DNA of 64,000 nucleotides, from positions 19,585 through 83,584 of the forward strand of contig CAWBLR010000021.1 of the NCBI GenBank assembly GCA_963789675.1, in the 5' to 3' direction. Shown one piece after another: positions 50,422-60,066 of the stretch (position 1 is its first letter; every line of letters starts with the position of its first letter). The stretch comes from an uncultured Solirubrobacterales bacterium (GTDB lineage Bacteria > Actinomycetota > Thermoleophilia > Solirubrobacterales > Solirubrobacteraceae). Both the position numbers and the translations under genes were made by a program. The notes under the pieces were generated by a model that was given only the letters and a program-made list of their open reading frames with translations, had not been told where the DNA came from and did no database searches.

Positions 50422-51399
50422 ATGAGCGGCGCGGATGTCGGGCTCGCTCTCGCGGTGTTCCTCGCCTGCACGGTCGAGGCAGTCGAGGCACTCACGATCG
50501 TGCTGGCGGTTGGCAGCACGCGCAGCTGGTCCTCGGCGCTGAGCGGCGTCGGCGCCGCGACGCTCGCGCTCGCGGTGATCGTGGCGGCGCTCGGCCCGGC
50601 GATCACCTCGCTACCGATCGACCTGCTGAGGGTGCTGATCGGCGGCCTGCTGTTGATCTTCGGCCTGCAATGGCTGCGCAAGGCGATCCTGCGGGCGGCG
50701 GGACTGAAGGCCAAGCACGACGAGGCCCAGATCTACGAGGATGAGACCGAGGCGGCGCGCGCCGCGGGCCGGCGCCACGGCGGGTTCGACGGGTACTCGT
50801 TCGCGATCTCCTTCAAAGGAGTGCTGCTCGAGGGACTCGAGGTCGCGTTCATCGTGCTCACGTTCGGGGCAAACCAGCATCGCGTCGGCCTGGCCATCGC
50901 CGCCGCCGGGCTCGCGATTCTCCTGGTCGTCCTCGGCGGTGTCGCGGCAAGAGCGCCACTGGCACGGGTCCCCGAGAACACGATGAAGTTCGCGGTCGGC
51001 GTAATGCTCAGCTCCTTCGGCATGTTCTGGGGCGCCGAGGGCGCCGGCACGAACTGGCCCGGCGGCGACGCCGCGCTACTGGCGATCATCCCGAGCGTGC
51101 TGATCGCCGCGGTCGCGATGGTCAAGACTCCAGCGCGCTCCCCACCCGACCACGATCGAGACCAACGACCAGGCGACGGTGAACGCATGACACGCACATC
51201 GGCGCTCCTCGCCGGCGCGTGGGACTTCATCGTCGGCGACGACTGGCGCACCGCGCTCGGAGTCGTCGCTGCGCTCGCGATCACAGCACTGCTCGCCGAC
51301 GCCTCGATCTCGGCGTGGTGGGTGATGCCGCTCGCGGTGCTTGCGCTGCTCGCGCTCTCGATCCGCCGCGCCGCACGCGGCGGCGCACGCGGAGGATGA
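50422..51399 (+). CDS. COG4280-type membrane protein; last ~70 aa (from ATG 51187) probably a separate small membrane gene
   Basis: VEAVEALTIVLA; FGLQWLRKAILR; LLEGLEV; VPENTMKF; then WDFIVGDDW. Confidence 0.8.
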   Translation: MSGADVGLALAVFLACTVEAVEALTIVLAVGSTRSWSSALSGVGAATLALAVIVAALGPAITSLPIDLLRVLIGGLLLIFGLQWLRKAILRAAGLKAKHDEAQIYEDETEAARAAGRRHGGFDGYSFAISFKGVLLEGLEVAFIVLTFGANQHRVGLAIAAAGLAILLVVLGGVAARAPLARVPENTMKFAVGVMLSSFGMFWGAEGAGTNWPGGDAALLAIIPSVLIAAVAMVKTPARSPPDHDRDQRPGDGERMTRTSALLAGAWDFIVGDDWRTALGVVAALAITALLADASISAWWVMPLAVLALLALSIRRAARGGARGG

Positions 51400-51469
51400 C
51401 ACCGCCCGTGCCTCCGCGAGTCACGCCGCGGGGCGCCGGGTGCAGCAACAGCCGCGGCCCGCTATGCGC

Positions 51470-52676
51470 TCATACGGTCCTCAGCGCGTCAGTCGGTGAG
51501 AGCCGTGCGGCGCGTAGCGCGGGGACGAGGCCGGCGACAGCCCCGATCAGCATCGCCGCGCCGAACCCGCCGGCCCAGGCGAGGGTGGGGATCACGATCG
51601 TCCAGCCCTTCGTGGAGGCGTAGATCGCGGTCGCGAGGATGCCCGTCGGCGACACCGACGGCGCCGCCGCCGAGCCCGAGCAGGATCGCCTCGGCCAGGA
51701 ACTGCGTGCGGATCTGCCCGCGGGTTGCGCCAAGTGCGCGGCGCAGCCCGATCTCTGAGCGGCGTTCGAGCACGGAGATGACCATGATGTTCGCCACCCC
51801 AACCGCGCCCACGAGCAGCGCCACCGCGCCAAGCCCGAAGAAGAGACCGTTGAAGGCGCCTTGCGCGTCGGCACGCGCGGTGAGCGTGGCCGACGGTTGG
51901 CTGACGTTGACTTCGTTGGGCGCTTCCGGGTCCGCGGTCGCCGCGAGCACCGATTGGACGGCCGGGACCTGGCTGTTCTGGGCGCGCAGGTAGACGGTGT
52001 TGGGGTGCCCGTTGAAGTGCAGGTAGCGTTCCGCGGCCTTGAAGCCGACGAGCACCGAGCTTTCGATCCCGGGCGCCAGCACCGATGGGCCGAGGATGCC
52101 GACGATGTACACCCACTGGTTTGCGGCCCAGATCCGCTCGCCGGGGTAGATGTGATCGATCCCCAGTCGCTGCGCGGCAGCGGAGCCGAGCACCCCCACC
52201 GGCTCGGTGGCGGTCGCTGCGTTCAGGTAGCGGCCCTGCACGACCTGCACGCCCAGGGTGTGTAGCAGGCCGAGGCTCGCGCCTTGGATTTCCAGCGCGT
52301 TGGTTTCGACGGTGGGGATCAGCGGCGTGCGGTACACCTTCCCTTCCACCTTCCCGGTCTGCGCGACGGTTTCGACCGGGTCGATCCGCGCGATCATCGC
52401 CGGCGCAAGCAACGGCAGCTCCGCGGTCTTGCCCGCGAAGCTCTGACCGTTGGTGACGGTCAGCAGATTCGTGCCGAGCCTGTCGATCTCTTCGAGCAAT
52501 CCCGCTTGGCTGGAGGAGGACAGGCCGAGCACCGCTACGATCGCCGCGACCCCGATCGCGATCCCCAACGCGGAGAGCGCCGCACGCATCCTGCGCGTGC
52601 GCAACCCCACGCTCGCGATGCGGGCCATGTCACCGGACCGCAGGCGCGCGGGGATCAGTTGCGTGGTCGCGCTCAT
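51470..52676 (-). CDS. MacB-like ABC permease (frameshift near 51649)
   Basis: LSALGIAIGV; VGVANIMVISVLERRSEIGLRRALGA; tail PALRAARLSPTDALR in the shifted frame. Confidence 0.9.
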
Positions 52677-53491
52677 CGCTGATCGTCCGTTCTGTTGGTA
52701 CCGGCGGGCTGCGGGAGGTTGGTGGTGTCTGAGACGATCAGGCCGTCACGGACGTGGACTTGGCGCTGCAGCCGGTTGGCGAGGTCGTGGTCGTGAGTGA
52801 TGACGATGATCGTCGCGCCCTGCTTGTTGAGCTCCCCAAGCAGCTCGAGGATCTGCTCTCCGGTATGACTGTCGAGGTTGCCGGTCGGCTCGTCCGCCAA
52901 CACGATCGCCGGCTGCCCGACAAGCGCGCGGGCGATCGCGATCCGCTGGCGCTGCCCACCGGACATGGTTGTGGGACGGGCGTGCTGGCGCTCAGCAAGC
53001 CCAACCGCATCGAGCGCCCGGGCCGCCAGCTCACGCCGCTCACGGACCTCCACTCCGGCGTACAGCAGCCCGTCCGCGACGTTGTCGAGCACGGTCTGGT
53101 GCTCGGCCAGGAAGAACTGTTGGAACACGAACCCGATACTCCTGGCCCGCAACGCGGCGAGCTGGCGATCGTCAAGGCCGGCAACGTCGATCCCGTCGAT
53201 CCTGACCGTACCGCTGGTCGGCCGGTCGAGCGTGCCGATAATGTGCAGCAGCGTCGTCTTGCCGGACCCGGACGGGCCAACGATCGCCACGAGCTCACCC
53301 TGCTCGACGGTGAGACTCACGCCACGCAGAGCCAGCACTGGCGGCTCGGAGCCGTATGTCTTGGTGACCTCGTGCAACTCCAGCACCGCCGAGCGGCCGT
53401 CGTTTGTGCCCGTCCGGTGGCCGCCTAAAACTGGCCGTTCGGTGTGCCCGGGAGCGTCCGCGGTTGTGGGGTATGTCGGCCGGCTGCTCAT
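52673..53491 (-). CDS. ABC ATP-binding protein (LolD/MacB type)
   Basis: GPSGSGKT; MSGGQRQR; LADEPTGNLD. Confidence 0.95.
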   Translation of the reverse strand: MSSRPTYPTTADAPGHTERPVLGGHRTGTNDGRSAVLELHEVTKTYGSEPPVLALRGVSLTVEQGELVAIVGPSGSGKTTLLHIIGTLDRPTSGTVRIDGIDVAGLDDRQLAALRARSIGFVFQQFFLAEHQTVLDNVADGLLYAGVEVRERRELAARALDAVGLAERQHARPTTMSGGQRQRIAIARALVGQPAIVLADEPTGNLDSHTGEQILELLGELNKQGATIIVITHDHDLANRLQRQVHVRDGLIVSDTTNLPQPAGTNRTDDQR

Positions 53492-54588
53492 ATGCTGGGC
53501 ACCACAATCCGCTCGCCCGCCTGCACATCGCCGGTGACTTGCACGGTCCCGGCGGCGTCATCGAACGTCCCGAGGGACACAGCCACGAGCTTGTGCACCC
53601 CGTCCGCTCCGACGGTCTCGACCGCATAGCCGCCTGAGAGCGCCAGCAGCGCGTCGATCGGGGCGATCAGCGCGTGTTTGACCGCCGCGGTCGTGATCTC
53701 GACCGTCACCGGCGCCTGATCCAGGTCGCCGGCAGCCTGCGGATGCTCGAGCGTGATGTAGAGCGGCAGGGTCGGGCTCGAGGAGCCCGAGCCGGGCGAG
53801 CTGTTTGCCGATGCGCTTGCGAGGACCGTCCCGATGCTGCTCAGCACTCCGGGCGTGCTCTGCCCGTCCGGGAGCGTGATCTGAACGTGCTCGCCGACCT
53901 CGACCTCGCTCTGCTCGGAGGCGTCGAGATTGACGACGACCTGCTGGCTGGTGGAGGTCGCCTGCATGACCGCCGTACCCGGTCCGGCGCTTGTTCCGAG
54001 AGTCGCGTTGACGGTGCCGATCCGAAGCTGACCGGGTAGGAACACGGCCTGCCCCTCCGTCAGCGAGCCGGTCTCCTGCTCACCGAGGCGGGACTGCAGC
54101 CGCTCGAGCGCGGAGGTGGTCTCGGCACTGAAGTAGCTCCAATCCCCCTCGACCTCCGAGCTGGTGGCGTACCCGAGCGCGACGAGGTTCTCGTTCAGCT
54201 CCCGCACGTCCGGCCCCATCTCCCCTTCAGACAGCGACCGATACACGGGCGTGTTGCCGTAGAGCAGCACCACCGGGTCGTTGGAGACGCGGTAGAGCAC
54301 CCGCCCCCGCGAGAACACCTCACCGGCCCGCGGCAGTCTCGAAAACGTCCCCAATGCCTGGTTGATGACGCTGTAGCTCGACCCGCCCGGCGTCGTGTAC
54401 TGGAGCGTGCCGTCCGCGCTGATCTGAGAGGACAAGGACCCCTCGCTTATCGTCGCGATCGAGGTCGGATACCCGTTGTCGCTGACGCCGGTCGCTTGCT
54501 TGGCACTGGACATGACGGCCACGGCGCCGGTGGCGATTACGGCAGCCAGGACGACGGCTGCGGCCAGCAACCAAGTCTTCCGCTTCAC
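53488..54588 (-). CDS. Efflux adaptor (MFP) with peptidoglycan-binding domain
   Basis: N-terminal TM; YRSLSEG..GPDVRELNENLVALGY; GTGA overlap with the upstream gene. Confidence 0.88.
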   Translation of the reverse strand: MKRKTWLLAAAVVLAAVIATGAVAVMSSAKQATGVSDNGYPTSIATISEGSLSSQISADGTLQYTTPGGSSYSVINQALGTFSRLPRAGEVFSRGRVLYRVSNDPVVLLYGNTPVYRSLSEGEMGPDVRELNENLVALGYATSSEVEGDWSYFSAETTSALERLQSRLGEQETGSLTEGQAVFLPGQLRIGTVNATLGTSAGPGTAVMQATSTSQQVVVNLDASEQSEVEVGEHVQITLPDGQSTPGVLSSIGTVLASASANSSPGSGSSSPTLPLYITLEHPQAAGDLDQAPVTVEITTAAVKHALIAPIDALLALSGGYAVETVGADGVHKLVAVSLGTFDDAAGTVQVTGDVQAGERIVVPSI

Positions 54589-55091
54589 TGGGTCGCCCCC
54601 GTCATGAGGTAGCGGCACTTCTGCAGCGCGGCCTGGAGCTCCGTATCGCTCTGACCATTTTCCACGTTGATGAGGGGACCATTTTCGGTGGGGTCCGGGA
54701 AGTCCGGCACACCGTTGGCGCGGATGCACTGGGCGAACTTGAGGGCCGCCTCCTGCTCCTGGGGGCTCCGCGTGCTGCCCATGAACCCGGCGGGCTCCAG
54801 GTCCTTACACGCGCTGATCGCGTGCGTGAACGCCGGGGTCCTCGGGTCCAGCGACGAGCCGTTCACTATCCCGTCGATCGTGAACTTGCCCGACGCGCCC
54901 GGGTCCGGGAACTCGCTGACCCCGTTGCTGCGCATACACTCGGCGAACTTGACCGCCTTCTCAGTATTGGCAGCGGTGTTGCCGCCACCGCTGCCGCCGG
55001 TGCCGGAAGGTGCGCTTGAACCGCACGCGCTGATCAAGGCGACCATGGCGATCAGGGCAAGAGCGGCCAGCGGCCGTCGTGTTCTATTCAT
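54585..55091 (-). CDS. Lipoprotein with two CMR.NGV..FPDP repeats
   Basis: Lipobox ISAC; FAECMRSNGVSEFPDP and FAQCIRANGVPDFPDP. Confidence 0.88.
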   Translation of the reverse strand: MNRTRRPLAALALIAMVALISACGSSAPSGTGGSGGGNTAANTEKAVKFAECMRSNGVSEFPDPGASGKFTIDGIVNGSSLDPRTPAFTHAISACKDLEPAGFMGSTRSPQEQEAALKFAQCIRANGVPDFPDPTENGPLINVENGQSDTELQAALQKCRYLMTGATQ

Positions 55092-55205
55092 GTTTTCTCT
55101 CCGAGGGTGGTAGGTCACGCCTCCCAGTCAAGACAGCGTGGTGTTGCCCGCGCGTATGCGATTTTCGATACGCCGACGATATGCGCCAGCTCGTAGCATC
55201 GAAGG

Positions 55206-55901
55206 GTGCGCGTATTGATCGTCGAGGACGAGCCCTATATGGCAGAAGCCATCCGAGATGGCCTACGCCTGCAAGCGATCGCCGCCGACATCGCCGGTGA
55301 TGGCGAGACCGCTCTGGAGCTGCTGAGCGTCAACGCCTACGACATCGCCGTCCTCGACCGCGACATCCCCGGACCCTCCGGCGACGAGATCGCCAAACGC
55401 ATCGTCGCCTCCGCCAGCGGCATGCCGATCCTGATGCTCACGGCCGCCGACCGTCTCGATGACAAGGCCTCCGGGTTCGGGCTCGGCGCCGACGACTACC
55501 TCACGAAGCCGTTCGAGCTGCCAGAGCTCGTGCTCCGTCTCAGAGCACTCGACCGCCGCCGCGCCCACAACAGGCCACCCGTGCACGAGATCGCGGGTCT
55601 GCGGCTGGACCCGTTCCGCCGCGAGGTCTACCGCGACGGCCGCTACGTCGCGCTTACCCGCAAGCAGTTCGCCGTGCTCGAGGTCCTCGTCGCCGCCGAA
55701 GGCGGCGTCGTCAGCGCCGAGGAGCTACTGAAGCGTGCGTGGGATGAGAACGCGGATCCGTTCACCAACGCTGTGCGGATCACCGTGTCGGCGCTGCGCA
55801 AGCACCTCGGCGAGCCCTGGATCATCGCGACCGTCGCCGGCGTCGGATACCGCATCAGCACCCAATCAGACAACGGCGGGGAGGGAGAAGCGCATGGCTA
55901 G
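55206..55901 (+). CDS. vanR: VanR-like OmpR-family response regulator (actinobacterial type)
   Basis: RVLIVEDEPYMAEAIRDGLRL..VLDRDIPGPSGDEIA..AWDENADPFTNAVRITVSALRK, close to Streptomyces VanR as recalled. Confidence 0.85.
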   Translation: MRVLIVEDEPYMAEAIRDGLRLQAIAADIAGDGETALELLSVNAYDIAVLDRDIPGPSGDEIAKRIVASASGMPILMLTAADRLDDKASGFGLGADDYLTKPFELPELVLRLRALDRRRAHNRPPVHEIAGLRLDPFRREVYRDGRYVALTRKQFAVLEVLVAAEGGVVSAEELLKRAWDENADPFTNAVRITVSALRKHLGEPWIIATVAGVGYRISTQSDNGGEGEAHG

Positions 55902-57204
55902 AGCCCCAGCGTCTGGGGGACGTTTGTCTCAAGCTCACCTTCCAGGGCCGCCATCGGATCTGCCGATGCCGCGTCTCTCGTTCGCCAGGCTCGCGCCACG
56001 TCGGATGCTCCACCTGCCCTCGCGGACGGTGCGTCTACGCCTGACTCTGCTCTATAGCGGCCTGTTCCTCCTCTCGGGCTTGGTGCTGCTCGCGACCACC
56101 TACCTGATCTTCCGTACCAACACCGGGGTCGACCTGATCGTCTCGAACCGCGAAGGCCTCCCCGCGGCATCGTCGAACCCGCAGGTCGTCCACCGGGTGC
56201 ACGACGCGTACACGACGTTGGTTGCGCGACACACCCACGGTCTCCACGAGGGGCTCATCCACTCCGGGATCGCGCTGGCGATCATGACCGTGGTCTCGAT
56301 CGCGCTCGGCTGGCTGGTCGCGGGCCGGGTCCTGCGTCCACTCCGGATGATGACGACGACCACCCGGCAGATCTCCGAGCGCAACCTGAACGAGCGCCTC
56401 GCGCTTTCAGGGCCGCAGGATGAGCTGAAGGACCTCGCCGACACCGTCGACGGCCTGCTCGCACGGCTCGAGGCGCATGTCGCCGAACAGCAGCGATTCG
56501 CGGCCAACGCCTCCCACGAGCTGCGCACCCCGCTAGCGATCACCCAGACCCTGCTTAACCTCGCCAGCAACGATCCAGCCCGCAACAACGGCGAGCTCGT
56601 CGAGCGCCTCCAGGCCGTGAACACCCGCGCGATCGACCTCACCGAGGCCTTGCTCCTGCTCAGCCGCGCTGGCCAGCGGGCCTTCACTCCAGAGCACGTT
56701 GACCTGTCCCTGATCACCGAAGAGGCCACCGAAACGCTCCTCCCGCTCGCAGAGAAACGCGGCGTCACGATCGAGACCTCCGGCGACGCCGCTCCGACGG
56801 TCGGCTCACCCGCTCTCCTGTTGCAGCTGACCACGAACCTCGTCCACAACGCGATCGTGCACAACCTGCCTAACCACGGCAACGTATCGGTTACTACGAG
56901 CGCTGACCGTAACGATGTGGAGCTCACTGTCGAGAACACAGGCGAAGAACTCACCCCACAGTTGATCGCGACCCTCGACGAGCCGTTTCAGCGCGGCACC
57001 GAGCGCATCCGCGCCGACCATGCGGGGGTCGGTCTCGGGCTGGCAATTGTCAAGAGCATCACCCAAGCACACAACGGAACCCTCACTTTGACCCCGCGGG
57101 CTGCCGGCGGGCTCCGCGTCACGGTGCAGCTACCCGCCGCGCTAGAGGGCGGGCCCTTGAAGCGGAACTCAGGCGCGACGGTCTCGCCCGCGGCCGAGAA
57201 ATGA
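55894..57204 (+). CDS. vanS: VanS-like sensor histidine kinase
   Basis: RLEAHVAEQQRFAANASHELRTPLAITQ; NLVHNAIVHNLP; HAGVGLGLAIV. Confidence 0.82.
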   Translation: MARAPASGGRLSQAHLPGPPSDLPMPRLSFARLAPRRMLHLPSRTVRLRLTLLYSGLFLLSGLVLLATTYLIFRTNTGVDLIVSNREGLPAASSNPQVVHRVHDAYTTLVARHTHGLHEGLIHSGIALAIMTVVSIALGWLVAGRVLRPLRMMTTTTRQISERNLNERLALSGPQDELKDLADTVDGLLARLEAHVAEQQRFAANASHELRTPLAITQTLLNLASNDPARNNGELVERLQAVNTRAIDLTEALLLLSRAGQRAFTPEHVDLSLITEEATETLLPLAEKRGVTIETSGDAAPTVGSPALLLQLTTNLVHNAIVHNLPNHGNVSVTTSADRNDVELTVENTGEELTPQLIATLDEPFQRGTERIRADHAGVGLGLAIVKSITQAHNGTLTLTPRAAGGLRVTVQLPAALEGGPLKRNSGATVSPAAEK

Positions 57205-57297
57205 CCCTGCGGTCACGAGTTCTGTATCAGGCTGGTTCCGGACGGGCGCCGAGAAAGCACATAGCCACCACGTGATCCAGCCCGGCCGTTTTTGGGC

Positions 57298-58113
57298 TCA
57301 CGGCCCGGCAGCGGCTGATCCGACCTCCGGTGCGAGATAGCCGTCGGGCTCCTCGATCACCGCGTTCTGCAGTTCGCCGATGCCGTCGATCTCGATCCTG
57401 ACCACGTCGCCGACTTTGAGCAGGCCGTCGGGGAATGGCTGGCGCGCTGCTCCCACGCCGGCGGGCGTGCCGGTGGCGATCACGTCGCCGGGCTCGAGCG
57501 TGAACGCTTCGGAGAGGTGGGCGACCTGCTCGTAGCAGTTGAAGATCATCTCGCCCGTGTTGGAATCCTGGCGCAGCTCGTCGTTGACGAACGCCCTGAT
57601 GCCGAGATCGTGCGGGTCTCCGAGCTCGTCAGCGGTCACGATCCAGGGTCCGAGCGGCCCGTGCGTGTCGAAGGACTTGCCGATCGTCATCGTCGGCGTG
57701 CGCAGCTGCCAGTCGCGTACCGAGACATCGTTGGCGATCGTGTACCCGGCGATCACCTCGCGGGCTTGCTCGACGGGCACGTGGCGGCAGCGCTTGCCGA
57801 TCACGATCGCAAGCTCGGCCTCGTAGTCGAGCAGGCTCGACACGCGCGGCATGTGTATCTCATCCCCGGGGCCGACCACGCACGAGACCTGCTTGTTGAA
57901 GAAGAGAGGGACTTCGGGTGCCTGCATCCCGCTCTCGGCGATGTGGTCTTTGTAGTTGAGCCCGATCGCCAGGTACTTGCGCGGCGTCACGGGCGCGAGG
58001 AGCCGAACGTTCTCGAGCGCGTGGCGCTCATGACCGTCCCGCTCCACAACGAACCCGTCCTCGACCACGCCCTGGCGCGCGTGGCCATCGAGCGGGAATC
58101 GGCACAGCTTCAC
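57298..58113 (-). CDS. Fumarylacetoacetate hydrolase family protein
   Basis: IGLNYKDH; DYEAEL; NDVSVRDWQ; GKSFDT; GDVIATGTPAGVG. Confidence 0.93.
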   Translation of the reverse strand: MKLCRFPLDGHARQGVVEDGFVVERDGHERHALENVRLLAPVTPRKYLAIGLNYKDHIAESGMQAPEVPLFFNKQVSCVVGPGDEIHMPRVSSLLDYEAELAIVIGKRCRHVPVEQAREVIAGYTIANDVSVRDWQLRTPTMTIGKSFDTHGPLGPWIVTADELGDPHDLGIRAFVNDELRQDSNTGEMIFNCYEQVAHLSEAFTLEPGDVIATGTPAGVGAARQPFPDGLLKVGDVVRIEIDGIGELQNAVIEEPDGYLAPEVGSAAAGP

Positions 58114-58686
58114 TCGGGGGCCTCGGCGGCGGCAGATCGGGAAGGGCTTAGCTCGCCGGCCATCGCGCGACGGTGGATCTCCTCGAACGGGTCGCCACCG
58201 GCGGCTCGCTCGGCGATCCTGGCGGGATCGACGAACACGCCGATCGGGTTTGCCTTGAAGTCGGGGCTGGTCCGCATCCACCGCTTGGATGCGCTCCAGT
58301 CACCGAAAGCGTCGACCTGCAGCTCGACCCGGTTGCCATCGGGGTCCTTGTAGTAGTAGGAGAGCGTCATCCCGTGGTCGATGCAGATGTCCGGCTCGAT
58401 CCCCTGCGCGCGCAGGCGCAGATAGCTCGCGTTCAGTTCCTCGAAGCGTCCGTACTCAAAGGCGCTGTGGTGCATCCCGGTGCGCGTCTCCCGGTCGGGG
58501 TCGTCCACGAAGCTCGGGGAAGCAGAGCAGCGCGATCCGATGGTTCGCGGCGTCGTTGCTCAGCCACGCGCCGGTCTCGTCTTGGAAGATCACTTCGGCG
58601 CCTACGACGACCTTGTACCAGTCGATCAGCTCCTGTAGCCGCGTGGTCTTGAGGTTGAAGTGGTGGAACGTCGGTCGCGTCGTCAT
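58110..58686 (-). CDS. VOC/extradiol-dioxygenase-like protein (C-run frameshift near 58517)
   Basis: FHHFNLKT..NDAANHRIAL; GMHHSAFEY..DHGMTLSYYYKDPDGNRVELQ. Confidence 0.85.
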
Positions 58687-58713
58687 GTCGGGTTTCGCGT
58701 GGGCATGTCGGCG

Positions 58714-59221
58714 TCACCACGGGACGCGAGGCGCTTGTTTCGTGCAGCAGGCCAGGGTTGATGTCTGACTCTTGGTGGACGTGCCTGGGAGGCGTGTAGA
58801 AGGTGGCGTAGGGACGCAGGCGAACCGCGACACGCTTCTCGCTGCGGGCGCCCTCCTCAACCATCGGGCGCACGTCCTCTGACATCGGCGTCCCGGCCAT
58901 CACGCCGGCGATACGCATCATCACGTCAACCACGGAGTCGAAGCTGGTGTCGATTTCCGCGTCGCAGTAGACCTGCAGGTAGCTCGGCGGCCATTGCTCG
59001 TCAAGGACGCACAGCGAGACCTTCGGGTTGCGCGCCACGGCCTTCGCCTTCGCCCGCTCGGCCATCGTCGAGACGACGATCTCCTCGGGTTCCGCCGAGT
59101 AGAAGACGATCGACATGGCCGGGCCGTGCTGGGCGCGGCCATATCCGAAGATCGCGGTGCGATGGTCGAGCACGAACTGCCGTCGCTGCTCGGGGGTCAT
59201 CGGCCGCCCTTGCTTCCACAC
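58714..59221 (-). CDS. PPOX/F420-dependent oxidoreductase family protein
   Basis: STMAERAKAKAVARNPKVSLCVLDEQWP; probable frameshift just before PW*. Confidence 0.78.
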
Positions 59222-59309
59222 GTCTCCGCCATCGCGGGCCTCCCAATCATCTCGGTTCTCTTGATCTGCGATCAACAGTAACATCAGTCTTGATCGAGAG
59301 TCAAGAAAC

Positions 59310-59867
59310 ATGCCTGCGACCCGCCCACACCTCGACCGCGATCTCAAGCGCAAGCAGATCGTGGACGCCGCCGAGAAGCTGTTGCTACGCAGCGGCTACG
59401 AGGCGACGACAATGGCGGCGGTCGCTCGCCGAGCGGGAGTCGCAAACAACGCCGTGTACTGGTACTTTCCGAGCAAGGACGATCTGCTCGCCGCCGTGCT
59501 TCAGCGCCGCCAGGAACGGGTGCTCGTAGAGCTGCCTGAGCCGGCGACTGCCACCCCAGAGGAGCAAATCCTCGCGATGCTCGCGCAACTCGATCGAGTC
59601 GCCAACCTCACAGCTACCGTTCACGAGCGCGCCAAGCACAGCATCGCCGTCGCCGAGATGCACAAGGCTTTCCACGGGGCAGCAGACCGGCTGCTCCAAA
59701 GCCTGTTTCGGGACGCGGGGCTCGGCGAGGATGACGCGACACAGGCCGCGAAGGTGATGATGGCCGTGGTCGAGGGGATCCATCTCCACGAGATGAGCCG
59801 GGACATCGCGGCGCGCAACGATCTCGTGCTGTGGACGCTTCACCGGCTCGCGCCGGATGCCCCATAG
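59310..59867 (+). CDS. TetR family regulator
   Basis: GYEATTMAAVARRAGVANNAVYWYFPSKDDLL. Confidence 0.93.
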   Translation: MPATRPHLDRDLKRKQIVDAAEKLLLRSGYEATTMAAVARRAGVANNAVYWYFPSKDDLLAAVLQRRQERVLVELPEPATATPEEQILAMLAQLDRVANLTATVHERAKHSIAVAEMHKAFHGAADRLLQSLFRDAGLGEDDATQAAKVMMAVVEGIHLHEMSRDIAARNDLVLWTLHRLAPDAP

Positions 59868-60066
59868 ACCGCCACGCCTCACCGGTCGCGCGTGCTCCGC
59901 CATTGGGCACGGCTCCGCCACGTTCGGCGTCTGAGATCAGGGGGCGTGGATCGGGCGTCGACGCGCTTGCCGATCGTTGTCCCGCGGAGGCGGCGCCGGG
60001 ACCGCGCCGTGGGCGCGCTCGAGCGCCGCGGCCAGCGCCGGCGCGGGAACCGCCAGGCTCACCGCC

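Noticed and set aside
50422-51399. Novel COG4280 fusion with an extra two-TM domain
   Set aside because: The linker is hydrophilic and a 1-nt shift near 51125 gives a stop just before ATG 51187; probably two genes
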